NCBI GenBank assembly: GCA_043784965.1
Contig: JAYVXS010000080.1
Span: 1-48,855 of the forward strand
DNA from: Bdellovibrionales bacterium
Lineage (GTDB): Bacteria; Bdellovibrionota; Bdellovibrionia; Bdellovibrionales; JAMPXM01
Reading direction: 5' to 3'
DNA length: 48,855 nucleotides
Shown piece by piece: positions 29,264 through 38,398 of this stretch; positions within the stretch are counted from its first letter, which is position 1, and each line of letters begins with the position of its first letter. The translations under genes were made by a program, and so were the position numbers. The notes under the pieces were generated by a model, which was not told where the DNA came from, ran no database searches, and saw only the letters and a list, made by a program, of their open reading frames with translations.

Positions 29264-30286
29264 ATGGATAGCGAAACTAAAGTTACTGAATCAATTGGCG
29301 AGTCGATTACTGAGCCAAATACTGAGCCAAATACTAAGCCAAGTAATAGGCCAAATACTAAGCCCAATAATAGGCCAAATGCTAAGCCCAATTGGCTCAA
29401 AGTAAAGGCGCCTGCTGGAGAGAATTACCTGCGCATAAAAGATATGCTCGGCCAGCTTAAGCTTGCGACAGTTTGCCAAGAGGCACGTTGTCCAAATATT
29501 GCAGAATGTTGGGCTGGCGGTACGGCGACCTTCATGTTGATGGGTGAGGTCTGTACTCGTGGTTGCCGTTTTTGTAATGTTAAAACAGGCAACCCTAAGG
29601 GCAAAATTGACAACGAAGAACCCGAAAAAGTCGGCTATGCGATTGCCCAAATGGGCCTTGATTACGTGGTGATTACTTCGGTCAATCGCGATGACTTGCC
29701 AGATCAAGGGGCTGGTCATTTTGCTCGGACCATTCGCAGTATTCGTGAAAATGACAAGAAATTGATTGTAGAAATTCTGACTCCTGATTTTCGCGGAAAT
29801 GAAGAGTGTATAGAGCTGCTGATCCAAGCAGGCCCACATGTGTTTGCGCACAATATCGAAAGCGTTGAACGTTTGACACCAAGAGTGCGGGATCCACGTG
29901 CGACCTATCAACAGACTATGAATCTACTTTCATTTGTCAAAAAAATAGATTCAGGTAAATATACTAAATCTTCAATTATGCTGGGGCTCGGCGAAGAGCA
30001 CGCTGAAGTTTTGCAGACCTTGAAGGATTTGCGCGCAGTCGGTTGCGATATCGTTACTTTAGGACAATATTTACAGCCAACCAAGAAACATCTTAAGGTT
30101 GAGAACTATGTAACTCCAGAAGACTTTACCGAATGGCAAAAAATTGCCGAAGGGCTTGGCTTCTTATATGTGGCAAGTGGCCCCCTAGTTCGAAGTTCCT
30201 ATCGTGCAGGCGAATTTTTTATGAAGAGTATGATCGAGACTCAGAAACTCGAAAATAATTTTGCAGAAACTCAGATTTCAATTTAG
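29264..30286 (+). CDS. lipA: Lipoyl synthase with repeat-containing N-terminal extension
   Basis: KPNWLKVKAP, VCQEARCPNIAECW and the radical SAM CTRGCRFC are present, with a LipA-type C-terminal half. About 43 N-terminal residues include seven tandem tetrapeptides. Confidence 0.93.
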   Translation: MDSETKVTESIGESITEPNTEPNTKPSNRPNTKPNNRPNAKPNWLKVKAPAGENYLRIKDMLGQLKLATVCQEARCPNIAECWAGGTATFMLMGEVCTRGCRFCNVKTGNPKGKIDNEEPEKVGYAIAQMGLDYVVITSVNRDDLPDQGAGHFARTIRSIRENDKKLIVEILTPDFRGNEECIELLIQAGPHVFAHNIESVERLTPRVRDPRATYQQTMNLLSFVKKIDSGKYTKSSIMLGLGEEHAEVLQTLKDLRAVGCDIVTLGQYLQPTKKHLKVENYVTPEDFTEWQKIAEGLGFLYVASGPLVRSSYRAGEFFMKSMIETQKLENNFAETQISI

Positions 30287-30307
30287 GCATTTTAACTAGG
30301 AGAAAAT

Positions 30308-31630
30308 ATGGCACTTAAAGAAATTCAACTTCCAGAACTTGGTGAGGGAGTAGCCGAAGGTGAAATGATTAAATGGCTAGTTAAGATAGGAGATAAGGTC
30401 TCTGCGGATCAGGCCATTGCTGAAATTATGACTGACAAAGCCAGTGTAGAAGTTCCGACCCCTGTTGCGGGGATTGTAAGGGAATTTAAATTGAAAGAAG
30501 GCGATGTTGCAAAAGTTGGTGTGACAATGATTATTCTAGATTTGGATGGCGCAACAGCAGCCGGGTCTCCTACGCCGTCTTCGAAAACACCAGCAGCACC
30601 TGCTGCGGCAATAATGTCGGCAAAGCAGGCGCCGGAAAAAACTGCGCCTGCCATATCTGCGACACCGGCAGTCTCTCAAACAAATGGTGGCCATGGAGTC
30701 GACGTTTATCCGCCGGCCACACATTTTAATATCTTGGCAACACCAGCGACTCGAAGGTTAGCTCGAGAAATGGAAGTAGATTTAAATTCAATGCGTGGAA
30801 CAGGAATCGCAGGGCGAGTCACTCGTGAAGATGTCTTGAGTACAAAAGGCTCAGGAGCGACCTCAGCGGGCGCACCAATGATGATGCCCCAGACACCTCG
30901 ACTTGCCTACGTTAGCAATCAAGCTCAGCTTGAAGAGCGTCTACCACTCCGAGGGATCCGCAAGAAAATTGCAGAGAACTTGCAAATGGCAAAACACATT
31001 ATTCCTCATTTCACTTTAATGGATGAGGCAAATGTCACAGCACTTTTTAAAATGCGCGAAGAGCTAAAGGTGATTGCTGAAAAGCAAAATGTGCGGGTAA
31101 CTTATTTACCATTTGTAATGAAAGCGATGATTGCAACGATTCGTGAATATCCTCAATTCAATGCGAGCATAGATGATGCTGCAAGTGAGATTGTGTATAA
31201 AAAATATTTCAACCTTGGTTTTGCCGCAGACACTCCTAAGGGACTACTTGTGCCAGTCGTTAAAGAAGCAGACCACAAAAGCATTCTTCAACTCAGTCGA
31301 GAAATTCTTGAGCTTTCTAAGAAAGCCCGCGATGGTAAGCTGACACTTGAGGAAATGAAACATGCGACCATTACGATTACAAATATAGGCAGCATCGGTG
31401 GAACCTATGCTACGCCAATTATTAATCACCCAGAGGTGGCTATTTTAGGAATGTATAAAATCACTGAGAAGCCAATTGTAAAAGATGGCAAACTCGACGT
31501 GATTAAGGTGATGAATTTTACGATTACCGCTGATCACCGGTTAATTGACGGTGCGGTCGCGGCAAATTTTCTGAAGGCATTTATTCAACGAATTGAAAAT
31601 CCGGGCGCTCTTATGCTCGATATGATGTAG
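30308..31630 (+). CDS. Dihydrolipoamide acyltransferase (E2) of a 2-oxoacid dehydrogenase complex
   Basis: It has a single lipoyl domain (IAEIMTDKASVEVP), an Ala/Pro linker, a peripheral-subunit-binding domain (ATPATRRLAREMEVDL) and a catalytic domain with TADHRLIDGA. Confidence 0.9.
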   Translation: MALKEIQLPELGEGVAEGEMIKWLVKIGDKVSADQAIAEIMTDKASVEVPTPVAGIVREFKLKEGDVAKVGVTMIILDLDGATAAGSPTPSSKTPAAPAAAIMSAKQAPEKTAPAISATPAVSQTNGGHGVDVYPPATHFNILATPATRRLAREMEVDLNSMRGTGIAGRVTREDVLSTKGSGATSAGAPMMMPQTPRLAYVSNQAQLEERLPLRGIRKKIAENLQMAKHIIPHFTLMDEANVTALFKMREELKVIAEKQNVRVTYLPFVMKAMIATIREYPQFNASIDDAASEIVYKKYFNLGFAADTPKGLLVPVVKEADHKSILQLSREILELSKKARDGKLTLEEMKHATITITNIGSIGGTYATPIINHPEVAILGMYKITEKPIVKDGKLDVIKVMNFTITADHRLIDGAVAANFLKAFIQRIENPGALMLDMM

Positions 31631-31640
31631 AGAGGTTTTT

Positions 31641-33098
31641 ATGGCGCAAAAATTTGATGTGACAGTTATTGGAGCAGGTCCTGGCGGTTACGTGGCCGCA
31701 ATTCGCGCGGCACAACTGGGTTTGAGTACTTGTATTATTGAAAGAGAATACTTGGGCGGAGTTTGCTTGAATGTAGGTTGTATTCCCTCAAAGGCGATGA
31801 TTGGAGCGGCGAACTTTCTACATCGAATTGAACAGGATGCTCCAGAAATGGGTATAACTATTAAAGGCGAAGTGAAAGTGGACATGAAGAAGCTAGTCGC
31901 CTGGAAGCAATCCGTTTGCGACCGTATGGCTGGCGGAGTGGAGCAGCTCCTTAAGGGAAATAGTGTTACCATTCTACGTGGTGAAGCGAGCTTCAAAACT
32001 TCAACTGAATTAAATGTGAAAACAGCTACGGCAACCGAGAGCATTCAAAGTAAGTATTTTATCTTGGCGAATGGTTCACGTCCCATTCAAATCCCAGGCT
32101 TTGATATAGATGAAAAAACAGTTTTGTCTTCAACAGGAGCTTTAGCATTAAGCGAATCACCAAAGCACGTCGTGGTAATTGGTGGCGGATATATTGGACT
32201 TGAAATTGGTTCGTTCATGGCCAAACTTGGCACGAAGGTCACGGTTGTTGAGGCAAACAAAGGACTGTTAGTTGGTCTTGCGGATCCAGACTGTGTGCAA
32301 GTTGTGGCGCGTAAACTTAAGAAGAACGGTATCGAAGTCATGTTTGAGGCTAAAGCTAAATCATATAAGAAAATTGGCGAGAGTGTTGAGCTGACTATCG
32401 AGCGTGGTGGCAAAGAAGAGAAAATAAAGGCAGACAAAATTTTACTGACAGTTGGACGCCGACCCAACTCAGACCAAATGAACATTAAACAAATTGGATT
32501 GCAGCTTGATGAGCGTGGATTTGTAAAAGTAAATGCTCAGAGAAAGACAAATTTCGCAAATATTTTTGCAATTGGTGACGTCGCTGGACAGCCAATGCTT
32601 GCTCACAAAGCAAGTCACGAGGGAGTTTTAGTTGCAGAAATTTGTGCCGGTCACAATAGAGCTTATGACGCAAAGACGGTTCCTGCAGTTATTTTTGTGG
32701 ATCCTGAAATTGCTTCAGCCGGAATGACCGAAGACGAATGTAAAGCAAAGGGCTATAGTGATTTGAAAATAGGTAAATTTCCATTTGCAGCAAATGGCAA
32801 GGCCGTTTCAATGATAGAAACTGAAGGCTTTGTCAAAATCATTGCTGATAGTAAAACCCACATTGTACTTGGCGTACATATAGTTGGGCCCGAGGCGAGC
32901 AATTTGATTTCGGAAGCTGCACTGGCCATTGAAATGGGTGCGCGGCTTGAAGATCTTGCGTTGACGATTCATCCGCATCCAACTCTGGGTGAAACAATGA
33001 TGGAAGCCGCTGAAGCAAGTCTTGGTCATGCCATTCACATTATCCAAAAACCCTTGGGTCTTAAAAAAGACGCGGTGAATGCTCGGGCACAGGTTTAA
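31641..33098 (+). CDS. lpdA: Dihydrolipoyl dehydrogenase (E3)
   Basis: FAD-binding VIGAGPGGY, the redox disulfide GGVCLNVGCIPSK, NAD-binding VVIGGGYIGLE and the C-terminal HPHPTLGE are present. Confidence 0.93.
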   Translation: MAQKFDVTVIGAGPGGYVAAIRAAQLGLSTCIIEREYLGGVCLNVGCIPSKAMIGAANFLHRIEQDAPEMGITIKGEVKVDMKKLVAWKQSVCDRMAGGVEQLLKGNSVTILRGEASFKTSTELNVKTATATESIQSKYFILANGSRPIQIPGFDIDEKTVLSSTGALALSESPKHVVVIGGGYIGLEIGSFMAKLGTKVTVVEANKGLLVGLADPDCVQVVARKLKKNGIEVMFEAKAKSYKKIGESVELTIERGGKEEKIKADKILLTVGRRPNSDQMNIKQIGLQLDERGFVKVNAQRKTNFANIFAIGDVAGQPMLAHKASHEGVLVAEICAGHNRAYDAKTVPAVIFVDPEIASAGMTEDECKAKGYSDLKIGKFPFAANGKAVSMIETEGFVKIIADSKTHIVLGVHIVGPEASNLISEAALAIEMGARLEDLALTIHPHPTLGETMMEAAEASLGHAIHIIQKPLGLKKDAVNARAQV

Positions 33099-33141
33099 TT
33101 TTTTTGTGGAAAGCACCATTTCTCTAACCAGCACAGAGAGC

Positions 33142-33771
33142 ATGCTGGCATTTCAAAACTGGGGACTAATTGAATATCAGGAGTCCCTGATTAGGCAGGT
33201 CGAACTTGTTGGACTCGTTAGTCACGAACTGGCCCGTGAAACTTTAGTATTTTGTTCGCATCCGCCAATAGTGACTTTGGGTCGTGGTACTTTGCCTGGT
33301 GATTTATTCTCTTGGCAGGGGGAGGTTGTTGAAATTAGTCGTGGCGGTCGTGCCACCTATCATGGACCAAGCCAACTCATTGCATATCCCATTATCGATT
33401 TGAATTTGCGAGGTCGAGATCTTCATAAATTTTTTAGAAAAATTGAATTGGCTATCATAGCAACTTTAAGTGATTTTGGAATTCAGGCCTGTGGTCGAAG
33501 TTTACAAAAATTGGGAGATCTTGAAATTGAAGCCACCGGAGTGTGGGTGGGCTCAAGAAAAATTGCTTCCATAGGTATTGCAGTTCGCAAATGGATTAGC
33601 TTTCACGGTCTGGCGCTCAATGTCGACCATGACGCTGCGGCTTTTCAAGGATTGAAGCCTTGCGGCTTCACTTCAGAAACTATGATTTCTATGCAAGAAG
33701 TTTTGGGTTATCCAATCGATCGCAAAGAAATCGAAATGAGCTTATTCAAAAATTTTTTAAAGAATATTTGA
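33142..33771 (+). CDS. lipB: Lipoyl(octanoyl) transferase
   Basis: HPPIVTLGRG, RGGRATYHGPGQL-like (RGGRATYHGPSQL), IGIAVRKWISFHGLALNV and the catalytic region ..KPCG.. are present. The start is placed at the family-typical Met 33142. The longest ORF begins at 33079, overlapping lpdA. Confidence 0.88.
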   Translation: MLAFQNWGLIEYQESLIRQVELVGLVSHELARETLVFCSHPPIVTLGRGTLPGDLFSWQGEVVEISRGGRATYHGPSQLIAYPIIDLNLRGRDLHKFFRKIELAIIATLSDFGIQACGRSLQKLGDLEIEATGVWVGSRKIASIGIAVRKWISFHGLALNVDHDAAAFQGLKPCGFTSETMISMQEVLGYPIDRKEIEMSLFKNFLKNI

Positions 33772-33819
33772 ACTCCAATTTTGCCACTTGGAACTGACGT
33801 TCTCCGGGGCCCTTTCGAA

Positions 33820-34227
33820 CTATTTTTTCTCAATTGAGAAAGCCACTTTTTTCACGCCAGCGGATTTAATAACGTCGATAATTTCCGTTAGCTTTTCAAG
33901 TGTCACGGCTTTATCGGCGGCGAGTATGGCTGCCGTGTCCGGCTTGTTCTTTATTACTTGTGAAATAAAGGAGGTCACTTGCTCTAGTGTTGTTGCCTTG
34001 CCATTGAAGGCAATCGAGCCGTCGCGTCCGATGGTAATATTTAAGGGAGTCGTAGGAGTAGTTGCACCACTTGCGGCCTTCGGCAGATTAATATCAATAC
34101 TTGGCTTGAGAACTAAAGGTGCCGTGACCATAAAAATAATGAGGACCACAAGAATTACGTCAACCAAAGGGACAACATTTATTGCTGAAATGGGCTCATC
34201 ATCACCGCCACCAAGAGCGCCTGCCAT
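33820..34227 (-). CDS. exbD: ExbD/TolR-family biopolymer transport protein
   Basis: 135 aa with INVVPLVDVILVVLIIFMV, including the conserved Asp in the TM segment, and a periplasmic domain. Confidence 0.85.
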   Translation of the reverse strand: MAGALGGGDDEPISAINVVPLVDVILVVLIIFMVTAPLVLKPSIDINLPKAASGATTPTTPLNITIGRDGSIAFNGKATTLEQVTSFISQVIKNKPDTAAILAADKAVTLEKLTEIIDVIKSAGVKKVAFSIEKK

Positions 34228-34229
34228 TT

Positions 34230-34862
34230 TTATGCCTTCCCTTTGTTTTTAGCATAGGCGATGCAAAGCTCTTTTACGCTTTCTAAACTTTGCATATGGC
34301 CCTTTACTTGTTTCTGAAAATAGTTATATGCAATGACCGCCGGGATGGCTACGACCAGACCAATCGCTGTTGAAATGAGAGCCTCAGCAATTCCAAGCAT
34401 AACGGCTTCGTTACCAGCCGTTACGTTTGCTGAAAGATCTTTAAAAGCTTTCATGATTCCGAGAACTGTTCCGAGAAGACCCAAAAATGGTGCGTTAGAG
34501 CCAACGGTAGCTAAAAAATTTAGTGAACGCTCGAGGGCAGGTTTTTCAATGAGTGCAAATGAATTAAATATTTCAGCAAGTCCGCTAGCGCCATTTTCTT
34601 TAGCGTGCCTGAGGCCGTAAGAAAGTCCACGGGCCTCAAGTGAGTCACGATCTTTACTAAGGTCTTCGAGTTCAGCTAGATTATTGGATTGAAGTACTTC
34701 GCGCAGTCTTAACTTGATCTTTTTGCTGGCGGAAGCCACTTGGCGCAGCGAGAACAATCGTTCAAGAATTGTGGCAATGCTTAAAACACTCAAGGCTAAC
34801 ATAATCCACAAGATCACTTCGGCCCCACCTTGTGCGATACTAAAAAGTTTCTCTGTGAGCAT
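34230..34862 (-). CDS. exbB: MotA/TolQ/ExbB-family proton channel protein
   Basis: 210 aa with three TM segments and the conserved GLLGTVLGI...AL.TT..GL. No tolA/tolB/pal genes lie downstream, so an ExbB-type assignment is preferred. Confidence 0.85.
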   Translation of the reverse strand: MLTEKLFSIAQGGAEVILWIMLALSVLSIATILERLFSLRQVASASKKIKLRLREVLQSNNLAELEDLSKDRDSLEARGLSYGLRHAKENGASGLAEIFNSFALIEKPALERSLNFLATVGSNAPFLGLLGTVLGIMKAFKDLSANVTAGNEAVMLGIAEALISTAIGLVVAIPAVIAYNYFQKQVKGHMQSLESVKELCIAYAKNKGKA

Positions 34863-34931
34863 GAACTCTCCTCGTCATAAAAGATTTGCCTTCACTCGAT
34901 TATCTCTAGAGTGTAAAGATAGGGTCAAGGT

Positions 34932-36809
34932 ATGATTGAAGAGAGCACTAAAGTTATGACTTTAAAAAATATTAGGCTTTGGTCTTGTTTGCTTCTATGT
35001 GCGCTTCTATGTGCGCTTATGAGTGCAGCTTGCTCACTCAATGGAAATCGCACTGCCTCAGTACTTGTCATTTTGGTTGATCAACTGGGATTTCATAATA
35101 TTTCATGTAGTGATAATTCCATAGAGCATACAAAAAATAATCCCTGGCAGGGAATTTCTGGATTTCAAATTCTTTGTAATGAATCGGTTCGTTTTACTCA
35201 TGCCTATACGCCATCTACTTTGAGCATGAGCGCAGCTGCTTCTATTTTTTCAGCTAAATATCCAATCGAGCATGGCCTTCGTCATAATGGAATCCAGTTT
35301 CTAAGTACGAAGTTTCGAACGGCAGCCGAAGTGGCTGTTTCAAAAAACTATCGAACTAGTTTTTTTTCAGGTGGTCCACCAATTTTTCGAAAATCTGGAA
35401 TCGGACAAGGCTTTGAGATATTTGATGATAATATTCAAGCCAATCTGAAGAGATTCTATCGTCCAGCGGCTGAAAGTATCAAAGTCTTTCTTAATTGGCT
35501 CGACTTAGAGAGTTCTAGAAATCCATATTTTTCATCAATTTATTTGGCAGATTTGCAATTCGAGGATGTAACCACGACGAATTCACGTGGCGAAGTTCGC
35601 GAAGCCTCATTTTCAAGCCAAATTGAGTATCTTGATGAAACACTTGGTAATTTATTTCAAGAAATGAAGAAGAAAAAAATCTGGGATTTAACAAATATTG
35701 TTGTTGTCGGCTTGAATGGTCATACTTCGGAGGAGCACGAAGAGCTTCGAGCTTTAAATCTCTATAGTGAGGGTACTCATGTAAGTCTTTTTATTAAGCC
35801 AGTAGGAGAAGATAAAAAAGCAGTTGGTAATTTTGATTCAGAGGTGAGTCTTGTCGATCTCGGAACTACGCTTTTTGATTTGCTTGGTGAAAAGCCAGAG
35901 GTCCCAAGTGAGCCATTTATTAAAAGTATTTCTTTTAAGGATCTATTGAAGGAGCGAGTTCCGGCGGATCGAAATAAGCGTATTATTATTTCTGAGTCGG
36001 CATGGGCAAAATGGCGAAACCTTGGTGAAATTCGCTACTCAGCGCGTGCAAATAATCTGCTGATCATTAATGACAAATCTCTAAGGGTTTTTGATACTCG
36101 CGAAGATAGCGGTGAGCTGGTAAATCTTGGAAGCTCAGCTTTACATAAAGAATCATTTTTAAACATTCGAGACTTTTTCATTTCACATCAATTTGCAAGT
36201 TTTGATCCTCTTAAACGCGAACAGCGGGCAAAATTTCAGATTGCCCAGGAGCTTTGGCGCGGGACCCATCCGAGTAACGAATTGCTACTTCGCTTGGCCG
36301 GATTATCAGAGAAAAAGCCTTTAGATATGCAGATACTGAACTGGAAGGCGATTTGGGACTTGCGACTTGATCGATGGAAGCAGCTCCGCTCATCTGGAGT
36401 CAAGGCCTCGAATCCAATATGGAAGTTTGTTGCTGGTCGAAATCTAAAGGAGAAATTGGAGATTCCGGTCGACCCGTGTCTAAACTTAATTAAAGATTAT
36501 TCAGGTGGAAGGACCAATCTAAACATTAGAGATTGTCGCTCAGAAGACTTCTCTGACTTGATAACCTGGCTTGACGATTCCCAAATGCTTTCGGTTCGAC
36601 AACGGGCGATGGAGAGTTTCTTGAGGCTTCATACTGATAAAATTCTATTGGACAGAATTTCTGAACTTAATTTTCTAACTGGCATGAATTGGGACGTTAG
36701 TCTCTCCTTTCCTAAGGAGCCGTCAATTTCTGATTTGATTTTAGCTTTGCCAGAAAACCGAAAGTTTCGTCAGGTTCTTAATAGAAGAATTGCAGAGCTT
36801 TCTCTTTAA
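34932..36809 (+). CDS. Sulfatase-like alkaline-phosphatase-superfamily lipoprotein with non-canonical active-site motif
   Basis: It has lipobox LMSAAC and the N-terminal metal-site block VLVILVDQLG. At the position of the sulfatase (C/S)xPxR signature the sequence is S-M-S-A-A (..TPSTLSMSAAASIFSAKYPIEHG). A roughly 300-aa C-terminal extension has no motif I recognise. Confidence 0.5.
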   Translation: MIEESTKVMTLKNIRLWSCLLLCALLCALMSAACSLNGNRTASVLVILVDQLGFHNISCSDNSIEHTKNNPWQGISGFQILCNESVRFTHAYTPSTLSMSAAASIFSAKYPIEHGLRHNGIQFLSTKFRTAAEVAVSKNYRTSFFSGGPPIFRKSGIGQGFEIFDDNIQANLKRFYRPAAESIKVFLNWLDLESSRNPYFSSIYLADLQFEDVTTTNSRGEVREASFSSQIEYLDETLGNLFQEMKKKKIWDLTNIVVVGLNGHTSEEHEELRALNLYSEGTHVSLFIKPVGEDKKAVGNFDSEVSLVDLGTTLFDLLGEKPEVPSEPFIKSISFKDLLKERVPADRNKRIIISESAWAKWRNLGEIRYSARANNLLIINDKSLRVFDTREDSGELVNLGSSALHKESFLNIRDFFISHQFASFDPLKREQRAKFQIAQELWRGTHPSNELLLRLAGLSEKKPLDMQILNWKAIWDLRLDRWKQLRSSGVKASNPIWKFVAGRNLKEKLEIPVDPCLNLIKDYSGGRTNLNIRDCRSEDFSDLITWLDDSQMLSVRQRAMESFLRLHTDKILLDRISELNFLTGMNWDVSLSFPKEPSISDLILALPENRKFRQVLNRRIAELSL

Positions 36810-36845
36810 GTACTCTTAAGGGCCCAATAAATTAATTGATTATCG

Positions 36846-37661
36846 CTAAACCACTTCGGATTTAATGCCGGTCTTGCGCTCAAGCTTAGAAGCTATTGTG
36901 TAAAGGGTGTCTTCATCACAGGCAATGAGCCCATTGCTAGCTGGAGTATGTTTGAGCGTGGTAATAAAAACTCGTCGTGGTTTAATTAGACCGATCACTT
37001 CAATCCAGTCCTCAACGTCAGTTGAAAGGGTATTGTTAAGACTTCCTTGAACAAAAAAACTTTGAAGGCTCAAATTTCTAATAGACTGCGAGATCGAGAT
37101 TAAATGAGAAACCGTCGATCTCACTAATGGTGCATTTAACTCCTTAAGGAGGCGATCGTTGCCGACATCAAGCTTGAAAACGACGGCGTCCAGTTTGTTT
37201 ACGGCGTCCAGTGTTTTTCGCTGATCAAGATGTGCGCCGTTGGTTAAAAGTAGTAGTTTTGATTGAGAAAAATACTTACCTCTCAGCTTCAAAAGTATAT
37301 CGATTGCTTCACTCAAAAATGGATAGAGAGTGGGCTCACCATTACCAGAAATATGAATCGCATCGATTTGAATTTTTCGCTCCGAAAAGTGGGCAAATTC
37401 TTTGTCTAATTGAAGTTCAAGTCCTTCTAGCTCTGAATAGGGACCATCTTTTTTAACTCGATTGAGTCGCATGACTGTCCTGCCAAGATCACAATAAGGG
37501 CAGTCGAAGGAGCAAATTTTATTGCCCTGGCCAAGTAAATTAATCCCTAATGAGGTACTAAATCCAAATTGTTGAATTGGACCATAGCAGAGGCCCATTT
37601 CTTTGGGGTTGGTTATGGTAAGGTAGCTATATTCATTTTCTAACTTAAGGGCTTTTGACAT
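36846..37661 (-). CDS. Radical SAM domain protein (small, single 4Fe-4S cluster type)
   Basis: The CX3CX2C motif is CSFDCPYC, and GNGEPTLYP is the glycine-rich SAM motif. At 271 aa it has no SPASM or twitch Cys cluster. Confidence 0.8.
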   Translation of the reverse strand: MSKALKLENEYSYLTITNPKEMGLCYGPIQQFGFSTSLGINLLGQGNKICSFDCPYCDLGRTVMRLNRVKKDGPYSELEGLELQLDKEFAHFSERKIQIDAIHISGNGEPTLYPFLSEAIDILLKLRGKYFSQSKLLLLTNGAHLDQRKTLDAVNKLDAVVFKLDVGNDRLLKELNAPLVRSTVSHLISISQSIRNLSLQSFFVQGSLNNTLSTDVEDWIEVIGLIKPRRVFITTLKHTPASNGLIACDEDTLYTIASKLERKTGIKSEVV

Positions 37662-37708
37662 AGTTTCTTATCGGCATTTTCTCATTTTTTAAGAAGCTTA
37701 TACTTTTT

Positions 37709-38398
37709 CTAATCCCTTGAAAATTGAATGAGTCCTAGCCAAAAGGCCAAATGAGGGCTCAATTTTGATAGCTTGTGGCTGATCCCATCGAGTTCAAATT
37801 CATTTGAATTTAGCTCATAGATTTCGCGAGGTACTTGCGAGTGGCTGAGCAAAATCAATTGATCCGTTTCTTGGGGCCTAAAGCTGTTGATGGTAAGATT
37901 TAAACTTGAGTCCAATCCGAGGAGTTGATTTGGTAAGCTGGGGAGGAGATCTTCGCCCTCACTTAAATCAAATGATAAATCCATTGCACCGGCGAGAGTG
38001 AGAATGGGTCGTAATTTTCGCGCCAGCATGATTTGCGGTTGTCCGATTTGAGCCCAGACTAATTCTCCTTCGGACAAAGACATTGCGAATAGCTCAACGC
38101 CATTTTGATATTCGATAAGATTGTCTTCGCGAAATAGGCTCTCATTTGCAAGTAGTATTGCGATACGTAAATTATTAGCTCCAATAGATAGGCAAGATAG
38201 TCTTTGAAATGGAGTCGTGGCTTCGTGGTCTTCGTTACAAAGCACAAAATATTCAAGAATTCTGGAGATAGTTCTCTTGGCAGAATCTCGATTTCCCCAA
38301 GGTGTTGCGATAATGAGAGTCTTTTCGTCTAAATGAACTTCTGGGGTTGGTCGAAATTGCCTCCCACTATATGGCCGATTTGAAAACTTAAAATTCAT
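37709..38398 (-). CDS. PP2C-fold protein lacking catalytic Asp residues (putative pseudophosphatase)
   Basis: It aligns block by block with the bona fide PP2C at 14381-15115: IIATPWGNRDSAKRTIS vs FAVADGMGGHRGGEVAS; GVELFAMSLSEGELVWAQIGQPQIMLAR vs GTTLVAAYLSDKTLFIANVGDSRAYLYR; DQLILLSHSQV vs DLIILCSDGLS. There is a 1-nt overlap with the upstream FHA gene. Confidence 0.55.
   Translation of the reverse strand: MNFKFSNRPYSGRQFRPTPEVHLDEKTLIIATPWGNRDSAKRTISRILEYFVLCNEDHEATTPFQRLSCLSIGANNLRIAILLANESLFREDNLIEYQNGVELFAMSLSEGELVWAQIGQPQIMLARKLRPILTLAGAMDLSFDLSEGEDLLPSLPNQLLGLDSSLNLTINSFRPQETDQLILLSHSQVPREIYELNSNEFELDGISHKLSKLSPHLAFWLGLIQFSRD

Noticed and set aside
29291-29911. 206-aa ORF antisense to lipA
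   Set aside because: It lies entirely opposite a strongly conserved lipA reading frame. Its N-terminal half is just the complement of the 12-bp repeats and it has no motif, so it looks like an antisense artefact.
33788-34252. 154-aa plus-strand ORF
   Set aside because: It is fully antisense to the well-supported exbD gene. Its Ala/Ser/Thr-rich composition is typical of the shadow frame of a membrane-protein gene.
36846-37661. Radical SAM enzyme as an anaerobic sulfatase-maturating enzyme for the convergent sulfatase-like gene
   Set aside because: anSMEs are about 370-400 aa and carry extra SPASM Cys clusters. This protein is 271 aa with a single CX3CX2C. The sulfatase-like protein also lacks the CxPxR/SxPxR substrate motif. 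The rSAM gene is co-oriented with the FHA operon instead.
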